Source: an uncultured Candidatus Saccharibacteria bacterium
Lineage (GTDB): Bacteria > Patescibacteriota > Minisyncoccia > Minisyncoccales > GWA2-46-15
Direction: 5' to 3'
NCBI GenBank assembly: GCA_964551525.1
Contig: CAZKCH010000003.1
Location: 1-46,777, forward strand
DNA length: 46,777 bases
The notes beneath the pieces are model-generated. The model did not search any database. It was not told the DNA's origin and saw only the letters and a list, made by a program, of their open reading frames with translations. The position numbers were made by a program, and so were the translations under genes. Of the stretch, positions 1 to 10,537 are shown in pieces (within the stretch, counting starts at the first letter, position 1; every line of letters starts with the position of its first letter).

Positions 1-49
1 GGCACTTCGTGCCGACCCCATTTCGGCTTCCGATTCCGATTTTCAATTT

Positions 50-137
50 TGGCGGAAAGAGTGGGATTCGAACCCACGGTGGGTTTCCCCACGCAGCTTC
101 TCCAAAGCTGTGCCTTAAACCGCTCGGCCATCTTTCC
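50..137 (-). tRNA. tRNA-Ser (anticodon GGA), CCA encoded
   Basis: The reverse complement folds as a class II tRNA: acceptor GGAAAGA/TCTTTCC, anticodon stem CAGCT/AGCTG with loop TTGGAGA, long variable arm, T-loop GGTTCGAATCC, 3' G-CCA. Confidence 0.9.
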
Positions 138-169
138 TTTTCTTCCACTCGTAATTATACCTTATTTTA

Positions 170-1066
170 TTAAATACTCATCTCCTTTAAAGCCCTAATT
201 CTCTCCTCTATCGGCGGGTGCGTCGAAAACATTTTTACCAGCCAGTTAGTTGCCTGTTTACCACGAAAAGGGCTGGCAATAAAGAGATGGGCGGTAGAAT
301 CATTAGCGACTTTCAACAACGACTGGTCCTGGCTGATTTTTTCCAAGGCATTGGCAAGGCCTTCCGGATAACGGGTTAAAAGCCCGGCGGAAGCGTCGGC
401 CAGAAACTCTCTTTTGCGGGAAATCGCCAACTGAATCAAAGCGGCAACAATCGGCGCCAGAATCATAGCAATTAAACCAATAAGAGCAAGAAGGCCGCCG
501 GCCTTGCTGTTATTGTCGCGGCTTTTGCCGCCAAGGTGGCCAATCCGGAGAAACACATTTGCCAGCATGGAAATAATGCCGACCAAAATTACAGTCACGG
601 TCATCACTAAGGAATCGCGGTTGCCGATATGCGATAATTCGTGGGCGAGAACGCCTTCCAGCTCCGGCTTTTCCAGTTTTTCCAAAAGTCCGCGGGTGAC
701 AACAATAGCGGCATGTTTGGGATCGCGGCCAGTAGCAAAAGCATTGGGTTGGCTTTCTTCGAGCAGATAAAATTTCGGCAAGGGCAGACCCGAAGCAATG
801 GTTAAGTTTTCAAGCAAATGATAAAGTTCTTGATTCTCGCTATGATTGATTTCTTTTGCCTTCGTCATTGCCAAAATAATTTTGTCCGAATACCAATAAC
901 TGGCAATGCTTTGGATAACACTTAAGCCGACGGCGAAATACAAGATTGCCTGATTGCCGTAGTAATAACCGAAAAACCAGCCCATACCGATTATTAAAAT
1001 CAGGAATGAACCGAGTAAAAACCAGGTCTTGCGGATATTCGCGCTGGCGAAAGTATAAGTTGTCAT
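170..1066 (-). CDS. htpX: Zinc metalloprotease HtpX (peptidase M48)
   Basis: 298 aa with multiple hydrophobic helices and the HELSH (HExxH) motif. The sequence pattern is HtpX-like throughout. It lies directly downstream of lemA, as is often seen. Confidence 0.9.
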   Translation of the reverse strand: MTTYTFASANIRKTWFLLGSFLILIIGMGWFFGYYYGNQAILYFAVGLSVIQSIASYWYSDKIILAMTKAKEINHSENQELYHLLENLTIASGLPLPKFYLLEESQPNAFATGRDPKHAAIVVTRGLLEKLEKPELEGVLAHELSHIGNRDSLVMTVTVILVGIISMLANVFLRIGHLGGKSRDNNSKAGGLLALIGLIAMILAPIVAALIQLAISRKREFLADASAGLLTRYPEGLANALEKISQDQSLLKVANDSTAHLFIASPFRGKQATNWLVKMFSTHPPIEERIRALKEMSI

Positions 1067-1068
1067 AA

Positions 1069-1611
1069 TTAAAACTTCACCTGCACCGGTTCTCTCGCTG
1101 CTTCCTCAACGCCGAAAAACTCCAGCGACTTATAACCAAATACCGGCGCGATCAGATTGGTCGGAAATACCTGAATAGCAATGTTGAAATCGCGAACATT
1201 GGCGTTGTAAAATCTTCTGGCGGCTTGGATTTTGTCTTCGGTGTCGGTCAGCTCGGTCTGAAGCTTAGTAAAACTCTCAACTGCTCTTAATTGCGGATAA
1301 TTCTCGGCCACGGCGAATAATGATTTCAATGTTTCTGACAAAGCATTTTCCGTTTGAGCGTGTTCGGCCATTGTTTTTGCGCCCATGGCCGCGGCACGAG
1401 CTTGAGTCACCCGATCAAAAACCCCGGCTTCATGACTAGCGTAGCCCTTGACCGTCTCCACTAAATTAGGGATCAGATCGTAACGGCGTTTCATCTGTAC
1501 CTCGATGTCTGACCACGCCTCTTTGGCGCGCAAGCTTAAAGCCACCAGCTTGTTGAAAATCAGCACCAGCCAAGCGGCAATAACCGCTAAAACGATTAAA
1601 ACATATTTCAT
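1069..1611 (-). CDS. lemA: LemA family membrane protein
   Basis: 180 aa with an N-terminal TM helix and LemA-type motifs (RRYDLIPNLVETVKGY, AARRFYNANVRDFN). Confidence 0.88.
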   Translation of the reverse strand: MKYVLIVLAVIAAWLVLIFNKLVALSLRAKEAWSDIEVQMKRRYDLIPNLVETVKGYASHEAGVFDRVTQARAAAMGAKTMAEHAQTENALSETLKSLFAVAENYPQLRAVESFTKLQTELTDTEDKIQAARRFYNANVRDFNIAIQVFPTNLIAPVFGYKSLEFFGVEEAAREPVQVKF

Positions 1612-1671
1612 ATTTTTATGTGGTTAGTTTATTAATCTTAGTTTATCTTGACAAAAAAACCCGGTTTTAGC

Positions 1672-1703
1672 AAATAAAAAGAAGGTGTTTGACAACGCCT
1701 TCT
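1672..1703 (-). terminator. Rho-independent terminator candidate after the HExxH gene
   Basis: On the minus strand, AGAAGGCG / CACCTTCT forms an 8-bp stem (one G-U) with an 8-nt loop, followed by TTTTTATTTG. It lies 3 nt after the stop at 1706-1708. Confidence 0.5.
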
Positions 1704-1705
1704 CT

Positions 1706-2185
1706 TTACTTTTTCGGTTGGGAAAGTAAAACTTTCTTGATACTTTTGAGAGGACGGCCCCTCGTAATCAGACGCATACAGAGACCCTCGATAATCCATG
1801 AATCAATTTGCATAGGATCTTCTGTATCAAAGAATGGCCATTCTCGAAGAAAAAGGAAAACCCTTTCGTCGATAAGGGGACGAATCGAGGCGATATTCTT
1901 TTTCGTCCACAGCCTCGTTCCGCCAAGCTGAAGCTTATGACGCATTTCGTGAATAGCGAGACGAATCAAGGTTCTTTTCTGCGAGTATCCCCATAAACGG
2001 CGCAGACGCGAAACATACCTGACAAAAAGCCGTTCGCGTATCCTGATCTCTCGCGTTTCGGAACAGGCGACTGGCTCATTTTTCCTATCCCCAACAATAA
2101 GCCTAATCTCCAGGACTTCGCCCGGAAAAATCAAAGCATCTATCCTGACCAAAATTTTTACAAAGTTCCTTACGGTTTTTAACAC
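1706..2185 (-). CDS. Hypothetical protein with an HExxH motif (possible small Zn-metallopeptidase-like protein)
   Basis: ORF of about 159 aa. AAGGAGG at 2200-2194 lies 8 nt upstream of the GTG at 2185. The first GTG at 2194 overlaps the SD and is unlikely to be the start. Motif AIHEMRHKLQ is present. No family was confidently recognised. Confidence 0.5.
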   Translation of the reverse strand: MLKTVRNFVKILVRIDALIFPGEVLEIRLIVGDRKNEPVACSETREIRIRERLFVRYVSRLRRLWGYSQKRTLIRLAIHEMRHKLQLGGTRLWTKKNIASIRPLIDERVFLFLREWPFFDTEDPMQIDSWIIEGLCMRLITRGRPLKSIKKVLLSQPKK

Positions 2186-2253
2186 TGCAATCACCTCCTT
2201 TCAAAGAGATTAGTCCCAACCATGAAAATTTAAACACGCTTTATGACTTTCGT

Positions 2254-2286
2254 CAAACAAAATCAAAACGCCCGCACAAGGGCGCT
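2254..2286 (-). terminator. Rho-independent terminator candidate after groEL
   Basis: On the minus strand, a GCGCCC-TTGTGC-GGGCGT stem-loop is followed by TTTGATTTTGTTTG, about 35 nt after the groEL stop. Confidence 0.55.
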
Positions 2287-2318
2287 TCGATTTCAAATTT
2301 CAAATTATAAATTTAAAA

Positions 2319-3962
<1,644 letters not shown>

Positions 3963-4040
3963 TTAATACTGATACGACTGATTAATACCGATAATCAGCA
4001 TAAATCAGTTAAAATCCGTATGAATCAGTGCGAATTTAGT

Positions 4041-4331
4041 TTATTCTATTATTGCTAAAATATCCTCTTCTTTGGCGATTAAATATTCTTTGCCTTCAAT
4101 CTTAATCTCATTCGGCCCGTATTTGGTAAACAAAACTTTATCGCCCGGTTTGACGGACAGAGAAATAATTTTGCCGTCGTCGTCTTTTTTGCCCGGACCG
4201 ACAGCAATGATTTTGCCCTGTTCCGGCCTTTCTTTTTCCGCCGACTCGGGCAAATAAATGCCGGCCTTTGTTTTTTCCTCAAAAGGCAAGGGCTCAATGA
4301 GAACGTGATCGAAAAGCGGTTTGATATTCAT
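4041..4331 (-). CDS. groES: Co-chaperonin GroES (Cpn10)
   Basis: 96 aa with a typical GroES sequence (MNIKPLFDHVLIEP..., GKIIAVGPG), upstream of groEL on the same strand. Confidence 0.97.
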   Translation of the reverse strand: MNIKPLFDHVLIEPLPFEEKTKAGIYLPESAEKERPEQGKIIAVGPGKKDDDGKIISLSVKPGDKVLFTKYGPNEIKIEGKEYLIAKEEDILAIIE

Positions 4332-4366
4332 AGATTATATTAATTAATGTTAATCCTTTATAGATT

Positions 4367-5977
4367 CTATAGAAGCTCTCCCAGAACGTCAAGGCGCAAT
4401 TCTATCTTCCGCTGACTATTAACCCCGGCATCATAGCGCAAAACCCTTTCTTCGCCTGCTTTAAAACCAGGCAAAACACCTTTAACTTGAGCGACATAAT
4501 CAGCCAGCCAAAGATAAGTAGTATTGATTTCGAAAGCCGGTCCGCGGTTAATCACCTTGGCCAAAAAAGCATTATTGATTTTTTCAATGCTTAAAATCGC
4601 CAAATCCGGCTTTTCGGTCTCATAAACAGCGACCATTATGCTTTTCTCGTTCGCCAATCCACCTTTTTCCGCCCTCACTCTTAAATTATAAGTGCCGATC
4701 TGGGAATAAACGCAGGGATTAACAAACACTTTTTCGCTTTCCAAAACATCGCTCTCGATTTTTTCCCAAACGCCGTCATCATTACAATTAATTTTAAAAT
4801 CAACGCTGCCGGCAGAAACATTGGTGAAAATACTCGCGGCTAAGTCAAATTTATTTACAGGCGCCAAACCGCCGAAGCTGTCAGTAAACTCCTTACCGGC
4901 AAAAATTGCTTTCAGATTTAATTCCAAAACCGGCTGGGGCAAAACATTAACTTCCACTTCGTCTTTGGCCGTACCGCCCACGCCGGAACAAGAAAGGCCG
5001 AATGCGGTCGATTCAACTAAATTTTTGATTTCTTCAGAACCGGAAACAGGCCGTTGGCCCTGCCAACTGCCGAATGCCTCGCATTTATCCGCCAAAGATG
5101 AAAACCAAGAAAGCTTGATTGAATTGCCGTAATTAATGGTCAGCGGCCCGTTGGCGTCATTAACGCGCAAATCAACTGCCGGAGTAAAAGAAACACCGAA
5201 CGAACGGGAAACATAATCGCTCTTAAAACCATTTTCCGCCCTCACCCGCCAATGATAAATGCTATCAGGCGAGAGGACGCCGGGAGAAATGAAATAGCTT
5301 GTTTTTAAATCATCGAGCGCTACTTCTACCAACGGACTGGAAAAATCAGGATTGTCGTCAATTTGGAGTTGGTATTTTTTATTGTCCGGACAGCCGCTCC
5401 CCCAATCAGACAAAGGCGACCAAACCAAATTAAATGACGTGGACAGGCCGGATTCGTTATTCTTTGGAAAAAGCAACGCCGGCATTCCGGGTTTTGCCGC
5501 GAAACACGATATTGAAGAATCCATGGCGGCGCCCGCCACGGCCGGCAAAGAAATGTCCGGCGCTAAAACAGAATTGATTTTCTCGCGCGTCTGGTTATCA
5601 AAACTGCCGCTGGCTTTTTCTAAATACTTTTCCTGAAAAGCAATCAGGCCCAGATAAGTGCCGCGGCCGAAAAAGCCGGTCACTCGGCATTGAGAGCAGA
5701 AAACGCCTTCTGATTTTAAAATCATTTGCAGATAAGCCACCTCGATATTGTAGTCGCTGAACTTTAAGTCCTTTTCAAAGCGGAAACCAGCCGGCAACCG
5801 GCCGCTGCTTTCCGCAATCGCCAGTTTCATCTGAATGTCAAAAATTTTTTTCTGCAACTGGCTGATTTGCGCCAAAATCCCCATGGCCGCCTGAGTTTCT
5901 GCCGCAGATAAACAAAAAACCGCCGCGCCCATGGCGATTATCAATAAAACCCTGGAAAGAGAATTCGTCTTAGCCAT
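4367..5977 (-). CDS. Secreted protein with a peptidoglycan-binding (PG_binding_1-like) domain and Ig/FN3-like beta-rich repeats
   Basis: 536 aa with an N-terminal signal-like segment (LLIIAMGAAVFCLSAAETQAA). It carries a PG-binding-like motif (VAYLQMILKSEG...VTGFFGRGTYLGLIAFQEKY). The remainder is beta-rich. Confidence 0.65.
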   Translation of the reverse strand: MAKTNSLSRVLLIIAMGAAVFCLSAAETQAAMGILAQISQLQKKIFDIQMKLAIAESSGRLPAGFRFEKDLKFSDYNIEVAYLQMILKSEGVFCSQCRVTGFFGRGTYLGLIAFQEKYLEKASGSFDNQTREKINSVLAPDISLPAVAGAAMDSSISCFAAKPGMPALLFPKNNESGLSTSFNLVWSPLSDWGSGCPDNKKYQLQIDDNPDFSSPLVEVALDDLKTSYFISPGVLSPDSIYHWRVRAENGFKSDYVSRSFGVSFTPAVDLRVNDANGPLTINYGNSIKLSWFSSLADKCEAFGSWQGQRPVSGSEEIKNLVESTAFGLSCSGVGGTAKDEVEVNVLPQPVLELNLKAIFAGKEFTDSFGGLAPVNKFDLAASIFTNVSAGSVDFKINCNDDGVWEKIESDVLESEKVFVNPCVYSQIGTYNLRVRAEKGGLANEKSIMVAVYETEKPDLAILSIEKINNAFLAKVINRGPAFEINTTYLWLADYVAQVKGVLPGFKAGEERVLRYDAGVNSQRKIELRLDVLGELL

Positions 5978-6173
5978 AACCGATTAGTACATTTTAGCAG
6001 AAATCACTAAAAACTAAAACCCAAAAAATAGCACTCCTTACGCTTCAGCGTCCCCAGAGGTCTGCCGATGCTATTAAATCAAACCTGTCAACAATACCCA
6101 CGATCGCTTGTATTGTTGACAACCGCAATTTTGCCTCATCTAAATTAAGGAGTATAATTGTATAATTTGAATT

Positions 6174-7202
6174 ATGGTTAAATCGCTGACAAAAATTTTG
6201 ATTTTGATTCTATTGATCGCCTTGATCGGCGCCGGCGTTGTTTTTGTTTTACAGCCATTGATTATTGAAATTTTCCCGCAAAAACCAGAAGTCGTCCTGT
6301 CGACCACGGCCAAAATCATTTTTGTCGGCGACATCATGCTCGACCGGGGCGTGGAATACATGGTAAAAAAACAAGGCAATAATGATTTTGCTTTTCCTTT
6401 TGCTAAAATCGCCGCTAAGCTCCAGGCCGCTGATCTCGCTTTCGGCAATCTGGAAAGTCAGATTTCCGACCAAGGCCAGAACATCGGCTCAATTTATTCT
6501 TTCCGCGCCGATCCCGAAGCCATCGAAGGGTTAAAATCCGCTGGCTTTGACATTGTTTCTTTGGCCAATAATCATGCCTTTGATTATGGCCGGCTCGCCT
6601 TGCAAGACAGTATTAATCGCTTAATCACGGCTGGTATTTCTCCCATCGGCGGCGGCAATGAAAATCAGGCCTTTAGCCCGGCAATAAAAACTATTACTGG
6701 TTCGACTAGCGCGCCATCGCTACGGCTGGCTTTCTTCGCCTATACTGACCAAGGTCCAGAATCATGGCAAGCCACAAGCCAAATCGGCATCGCTCAAATC
6801 ACCACCGAAAATTTGGAAACGATTAAGGCCGACATTAAACTGGCAAAAGAACTGACCGACTTCGTCATTGTCTCTTTTCATATGGGCAATGAATACCAAA
6901 CCAAGCCGAGCGAAAACCAAATTCTCTTCTCCCAAGCATTAATCGATGCTGGCGCTGACCTGATCATTTGCCACCACAGCCATATCATCCAAGGCGAAGA
7001 ACAATATAAAAACGGCTATATTTTCTACGGCTTGGGCAACTTTGTTTTTGACCAGGGCTTTTCCCAAGAAACCCTGGAAGGAAAAATGGTGGAACTAACC
7101 CTTAAAAAAACCCGGGAAGATATGAAGCCTGAATCCGAAATCAAAACCCATACGGTGAAACTAAATCAATTCTTTCAGCCGGAAATCATTGCCGCGCCAT
7201 AG
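6174..7202 (+). CDS. CapA family (PGA_cap metallophosphatase-like) protein
   Basis: 342 aa with an N-terminal TM helix and motifs IIFVGDIMLDRGV, GNLESQIS, LANNHAFDYG and ICHHSH, typical of the CapA family. Confidence 0.8.
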   Translation: MVKSLTKILILILLIALIGAGVVFVLQPLIIEIFPQKPEVVLSTTAKIIFVGDIMLDRGVEYMVKKQGNNDFAFPFAKIAAKLQAADLAFGNLESQISDQGQNIGSIYSFRADPEAIEGLKSAGFDIVSLANNHAFDYGRLALQDSINRLITAGISPIGGGNENQAFSPAIKTITGSTSAPSLRLAFFAYTDQGPESWQATSQIGIAQITTENLETIKADIKLAKELTDFVIVSFHMGNEYQTKPSENQILFSQALIDAGADLIICHHSHIIQGEEQYKNGYIFYGLGNFVFDQGFSQETLEGKMVELTLKKTREDMKPESEIKTHTVKLNQFFQPEIIAAP

Positions 7203-7239
7203 TTGACCGCCTCGTTTTCTTTTGCTATGATGTCTTAAC

Positions 7240-7587
7240 ATGTGGAATCTGCTCCTAAGAATAGCGGGATCAATTGCCGGCCTTTGGCTTGCTGACAAAT
7301 ACGTCCCGGGCGTCCAGATATTGGGCGATTGGAAAATTTTGGTTCTGATCGGCACCTTTCTCGGCGGCGTTAATTTTTTCTTGAAACCGATTCTCGATGC
7401 CATCACCTTGCCGCTAAAACTCCTCACCCTCGGCCTGATCAGTTTAATTATTAATATGGGCTTGGTCTGGCTGATTGACATTGCTTTCCCGGAACTGGTC
7501 ATCTTAGGACTGCTCCCCTTGTTCTGGACCACTATTATTATCTGGCTGATAAACTTTATCCTTCAAAAGTGGCTGCCGAATAAATAA
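7240..7587 (+). CDS. Small 4-TM membrane protein, DUF360 / phage-holin-family-4-like
   Basis: 115 aa, four hydrophobic helices. The sequence pattern resembles the PF04020 family. Confidence 0.55.
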   Translation: MWNLLLRIAGSIAGLWLADKYVPGVQILGDWKILVLIGTFLGGVNFFLKPILDAITLPLKLLTLGLISLIINMGLVWLIDIAFPELVILGLLPLFWTTIIIWLINFILQKWLPNK

Positions 7588-7588
7588 T

Positions 7589-7831
7589 ATGAATGTATTT
7601 CAACTCATCGAACAAACCAGACCTTATCTGCCCGCGGCGCAAATCGCCATTGCTTTGCTTTTGATTATTTTAATCTGGCTCCAGCCCCGCGGCGAATCGC
7701 TGGGATCGGCTTTTGGACAAAGTTTTTCTTTGCCCGGCAAATTGCGCGGCTTTTCCAAAAAAATCTTTTGGCTGACAATAATGCTCAGCGTCTTTTTCGT
7801 CATCTTAGCTCTCTTAGATTTGCTGGCGTAA
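7589..7831 (+). CDS. secG: Probable preprotein translocase subunit SecG
   Basis: 80 aa with two TM helices separated by a Gly-rich loop (LQPRGESLGSAFGQSF...RG). This is the SecG-like pattern. Confidence 0.5.
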   Translation: MNVFQLIEQTRPYLPAAQIAIALLLIILIWLQPRGESLGSAFGQSFSLPGKLRGFSKKIFWLTIMLSVFFVILALLDLLA

Positions 7832-7846
7832 TAATCAACAGATAAA

Positions 7847-9838
7847 ATGTTCTCTTTGAAGTCATTTCCTTCTTTTGACCAATGCCGGAAAATTTTCCGG
7901 GTTTTAAATAACAAGGAAAAAAACATTTTCCTTTTTTTGGCGATCATCAGCTTCGTTTCTCTATCGGCTTGGGGAATAAGTTTTTACTTTCGCGCCACTA
8001 CCTTGGTACCGGCCGTCAGCGGCAAACTGATTGAGGGCGTCATCGGCCAGCCAAGATTCATCAATCCCGTTCTCTCTTCCGCCAATGACGCTGACCGCGA
8101 CTTAACCGAATTGGTCTTTGCCGGCTTAATGAAATATGCCCCCAACGGCGACGTTATCCCTGATTTGGCGGCGGGCTACGAAATCAAAGACAACGGCAAA
8201 ACCTGGGAAGTAACCTTAAAAGAAAACCTTGTCTTTCAAGACAACACACCCTTAACCGCCGATGATGTCATTTTCACCGTCAAAACCATCCAGAATCCCG
8301 ATTATAAAAGCCCGCTAAGAGCCAGCTGGCTCGGCGTAGAAGTGGAGCAAATCTCCGCTTTCACCATCGCCTTTAAGTTGAAAAACAGCTACCCGCCCTT
8401 TTTAGAAAATCTGACTTTGAAAATAATCCCCAAAGCGATTTGGAAACAGATCAGCCCGGAAAACTTCTCCTTGGCCATTTTCAACTTGAAACCAATCGGC
8501 TCCGGCCCTTACTTGGTTGATAAAATCATCCAGGAAAAAAACAGCGACGGCCGGATTAAATCGCTTTCTTTAAAAATCAATCCCCGCTACGTTGGCGAAG
8601 CAGCTAAGATAAAAGAAATTTCTTTTTTGTTTTTTGAAAACGAAAATGATCTGGCCCAGGCGGCAAAAACAAGAAAGATCAGCTCGTTAGTGATACCGTC
8701 GCCCGACCAAAAAAATGAATTGCTTAAAAAATCGTTTCAAGCCGTTGAATTTGAATTGCCCCGGTATTTTGCTGTTTTCCTCAACCCCAAAAACCAAATT
8801 CTGGCGGAAAAATCAGTCCGGCAAGCCCTGAACTACGCCACCGACAAAACAGGACTGATCAATAATGTTCTGGCCGGCAACGGTACGATAGTAGAGTCCC
8901 CGCTTTTACCCGCGATTTTCGGCCTAAGCGAACCGAAAAATATTCTCGGCTTTGATTTGGCAAAAGCGAATGAAATCTTGGATAAAGCCGGTTTTGTTAA
9001 AAATGCGGAAACCAATATCCGCGAAAAAGAAGTGGCGCGAACGCTTGCCTTTGAATTCAAAAGCAAGTTGGTCAAGGGCTCGCAAGGCGCAGAGGTAAGA
9101 GAACTCCAGAAATGCCTTGCTAAAGACGCGGCCATTTATCCCGAAGGCGAAGTCACTGGTGTTTTCGGCGACAAAACCAAGCAAGCCGTCATTCTTTTCC
9201 AGGAAAAATTCCGCCAAGAAATTCTAGTGCCGGCCGGACTGACCGAGGGCAATGGCGAAACCGGCGTTCTAACGAGAAGCAAGCTTAATGAATTCTGCTT
9301 CGGCCCCAAAAAAGAATTGCGCCAGTTGAAATTCTCTTTAATCACCGTTGACGATCCCGTCCTCATCAAAACCAGCCAGCTCCTTAAAGAGCAATGGTTA
9401 GCCATTGGCGTTGATCTCCGGATAGAATCAGTCAATTTCTCCCAGCTGAATACCGATTATTTGAAATCAAGGAATTACGATGCGCTTTTATTCGGTGAGG
9501 TTCTCGGCCGAACATTAGACCCGTTTCCTTTCTGGCACTCTTCCCAGAAAAAAGATCCCGGCCTGAACTTGGCGCTTTACGAAAACAAAGAAGCAGACAA
9601 ACTTCTTGAAGAGGCCAGACAGACAAGCGACGAAACAATCAAAAACCAGAAATTGGAGAAATTCCAGGAAATCGTTTTAAATGACGCCGCCGCGGTTTTC
9701 CTTTACCAGCCCGACTTTACTTATCTGCTCCCGGCTAAGTTAAAGGGCGTGGAAACGGGATTTATCATCGATCCTTCAAAAAGATTCGCCGGCATTGAGA
9801 ATTGGTACTTCAAAACAAAAAGAGTATGGTCAAAATAG
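7847..9838 (+). CDS. ABC transporter substrate-binding protein, family 5 (peptide/nickel type), with an inserted peptidoglycan-binding domain
   Basis: 663 aa with an N-terminal TM anchor and SBP_bac_5-like sequence on both sides. A PG_binding_1-like segment (GSQGAEVRELQKCLAKD...VTGVFGDKTKQAVILFQEKF) lies at about 9070-9300. Confidence 0.78.
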   Translation: MFSLKSFPSFDQCRKIFRVLNNKEKNIFLFLAIISFVSLSAWGISFYFRATTLVPAVSGKLIEGVIGQPRFINPVLSSANDADRDLTELVFAGLMKYAPNGDVIPDLAAGYEIKDNGKTWEVTLKENLVFQDNTPLTADDVIFTVKTIQNPDYKSPLRASWLGVEVEQISAFTIAFKLKNSYPPFLENLTLKIIPKAIWKQISPENFSLAIFNLKPIGSGPYLVDKIIQEKNSDGRIKSLSLKINPRYVGEAAKIKEISFLFFENENDLAQAAKTRKISSLVIPSPDQKNELLKKSFQAVEFELPRYFAVFLNPKNQILAEKSVRQALNYATDKTGLINNVLAGNGTIVESPLLPAIFGLSEPKNILGFDLAKANEILDKAGFVKNAETNIREKEVARTLAFEFKSKLVKGSQGAEVRELQKCLAKDAAIYPEGEVTGVFGDKTKQAVILFQEKFRQEILVPAGLTEGNGETGVLTRSKLNEFCFGPKKELRQLKFSLITVDDPVLIKTSQLLKEQWLAIGVDLRIESVNFSQLNTDYLKSRNYDALLFGEVLGRTLDPFPFWHSSQKKDPGLNLALYENKEADKLLEEARQTSDETIKNQKLEKFQEIVLNDAAAVFLYQPDFTYLLPAKLKGVETGFIIDPSKRFAGIENWYFKTKRVWSK

Positions 9839-10398
9839 AAAACCGCTTCGTTAAAGACATAAAGAAAATTCTTTATGACGTAAAGTGGCTTAAAACTGCG
9901 CCGAATTTTAAGGTTTATGAAGTCAAACGGGGAATCAAATTTGAGGACGGCCTAAGATACGACGAGACCATAATTTATCCCCGCCTACTGGGCCAGGAAT
10001 TCCCGAAAACCAAAGGTCACGAGCACCCCAAAGAATACCAAGAGCTGATTAAGGTTATAAAAGGAAGCGCGATTTTCCTTTTGCAAAACGATGAAAAAAA
10101 CACGATTAAAGACATTTACTTCATCCAAGCAAAAAGAAATCAGGCGATAATTTCGCCGGCGGGCTATTCCCATACCACTATCAATGCCTCAAAAAAAGTT
10201 TTGGAAATAGGCACGTGGATCGAGGACGTTTCCGCCAGCGAATATGGCAATATTAAAACCCATCAGGGCTTCGGCTATTATTACACCCTGACCGGCTGGC
10301 AAAAAAATAAAAACTATAAAAGAACGCTTAAACTGAAAGAAAAGAAACCGCTGAAGAAAATTCTAAAGAATCTCAATTTTCTCAATTCCCGTTCATAA
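9826..10398 (+). CDS. Cupin-type glucose-6-phosphate isomerase family protein
   Basis: It carries the motif TKGHEHPKEYQELIKV plus a later His (GYSHTTIN), which resembles the archaeal cupin PGI metal site. The start was taken at MVKIENRF (ATG 9826), overlapping the upstream gene by 13 nt. Confidence 0.55.
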   Translation: MVKIENRFVKDIKKILYDVKWLKTAPNFKVYEVKRGIKFEDGLRYDETIIYPRLLGQEFPKTKGHEHPKEYQELIKVIKGSAIFLLQNDEKNTIKDIYFIQAKRNQAIISPAGYSHTTINASKKVLEIGTWIEDVSASEYGNIKTHQGFGYYYTLTGWQKNKNYKRTLKLKEKKPLKKILKNLNFLNSRS

Positions 10399-10405
10399 AA
10401 ACTCT

Positions 10406-10489
10406 GCCGAGGTGGCGGAATTGGTTTACGCGCAGCGTTCAGAACGCTGTGAGCGCAAGCTCATGCGAGTTCAACTCTCGCCCTCGGCA
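10406..10489 (+). tRNA. tRNA-Leu (anticodon CAG), no encoded CCA
   Basis: Acceptor GCCGAGG/CCTCGGC, anticodon stem CAGCG/CGCTG with loop TTCAGAA, long variable arm, T-arm GCGAGTTCAACTCTCGC. Confidence 0.9.
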
Positions 10490-10537
10490 TAATTTAGATA
10501 TTAGAAATTAAAAATTAGTAATTAGAAATTAGATCCT

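Noticed and set aside
1-49. Short hairpin GGCAC-TTC-GTGCC and flanking sequence at the window edge
   Set aside because: It is only a 5-bp stem at a truncated edge, with too little context to call a terminator or an RNA.
4332-4366. CIRCE/HrcA operator upstream of groES
   Set aside because: No TTAGCACTC-N9-GAGTGCTAA-like inverted repeat occurs in the 35-nt spacer or the adjacent sequence.
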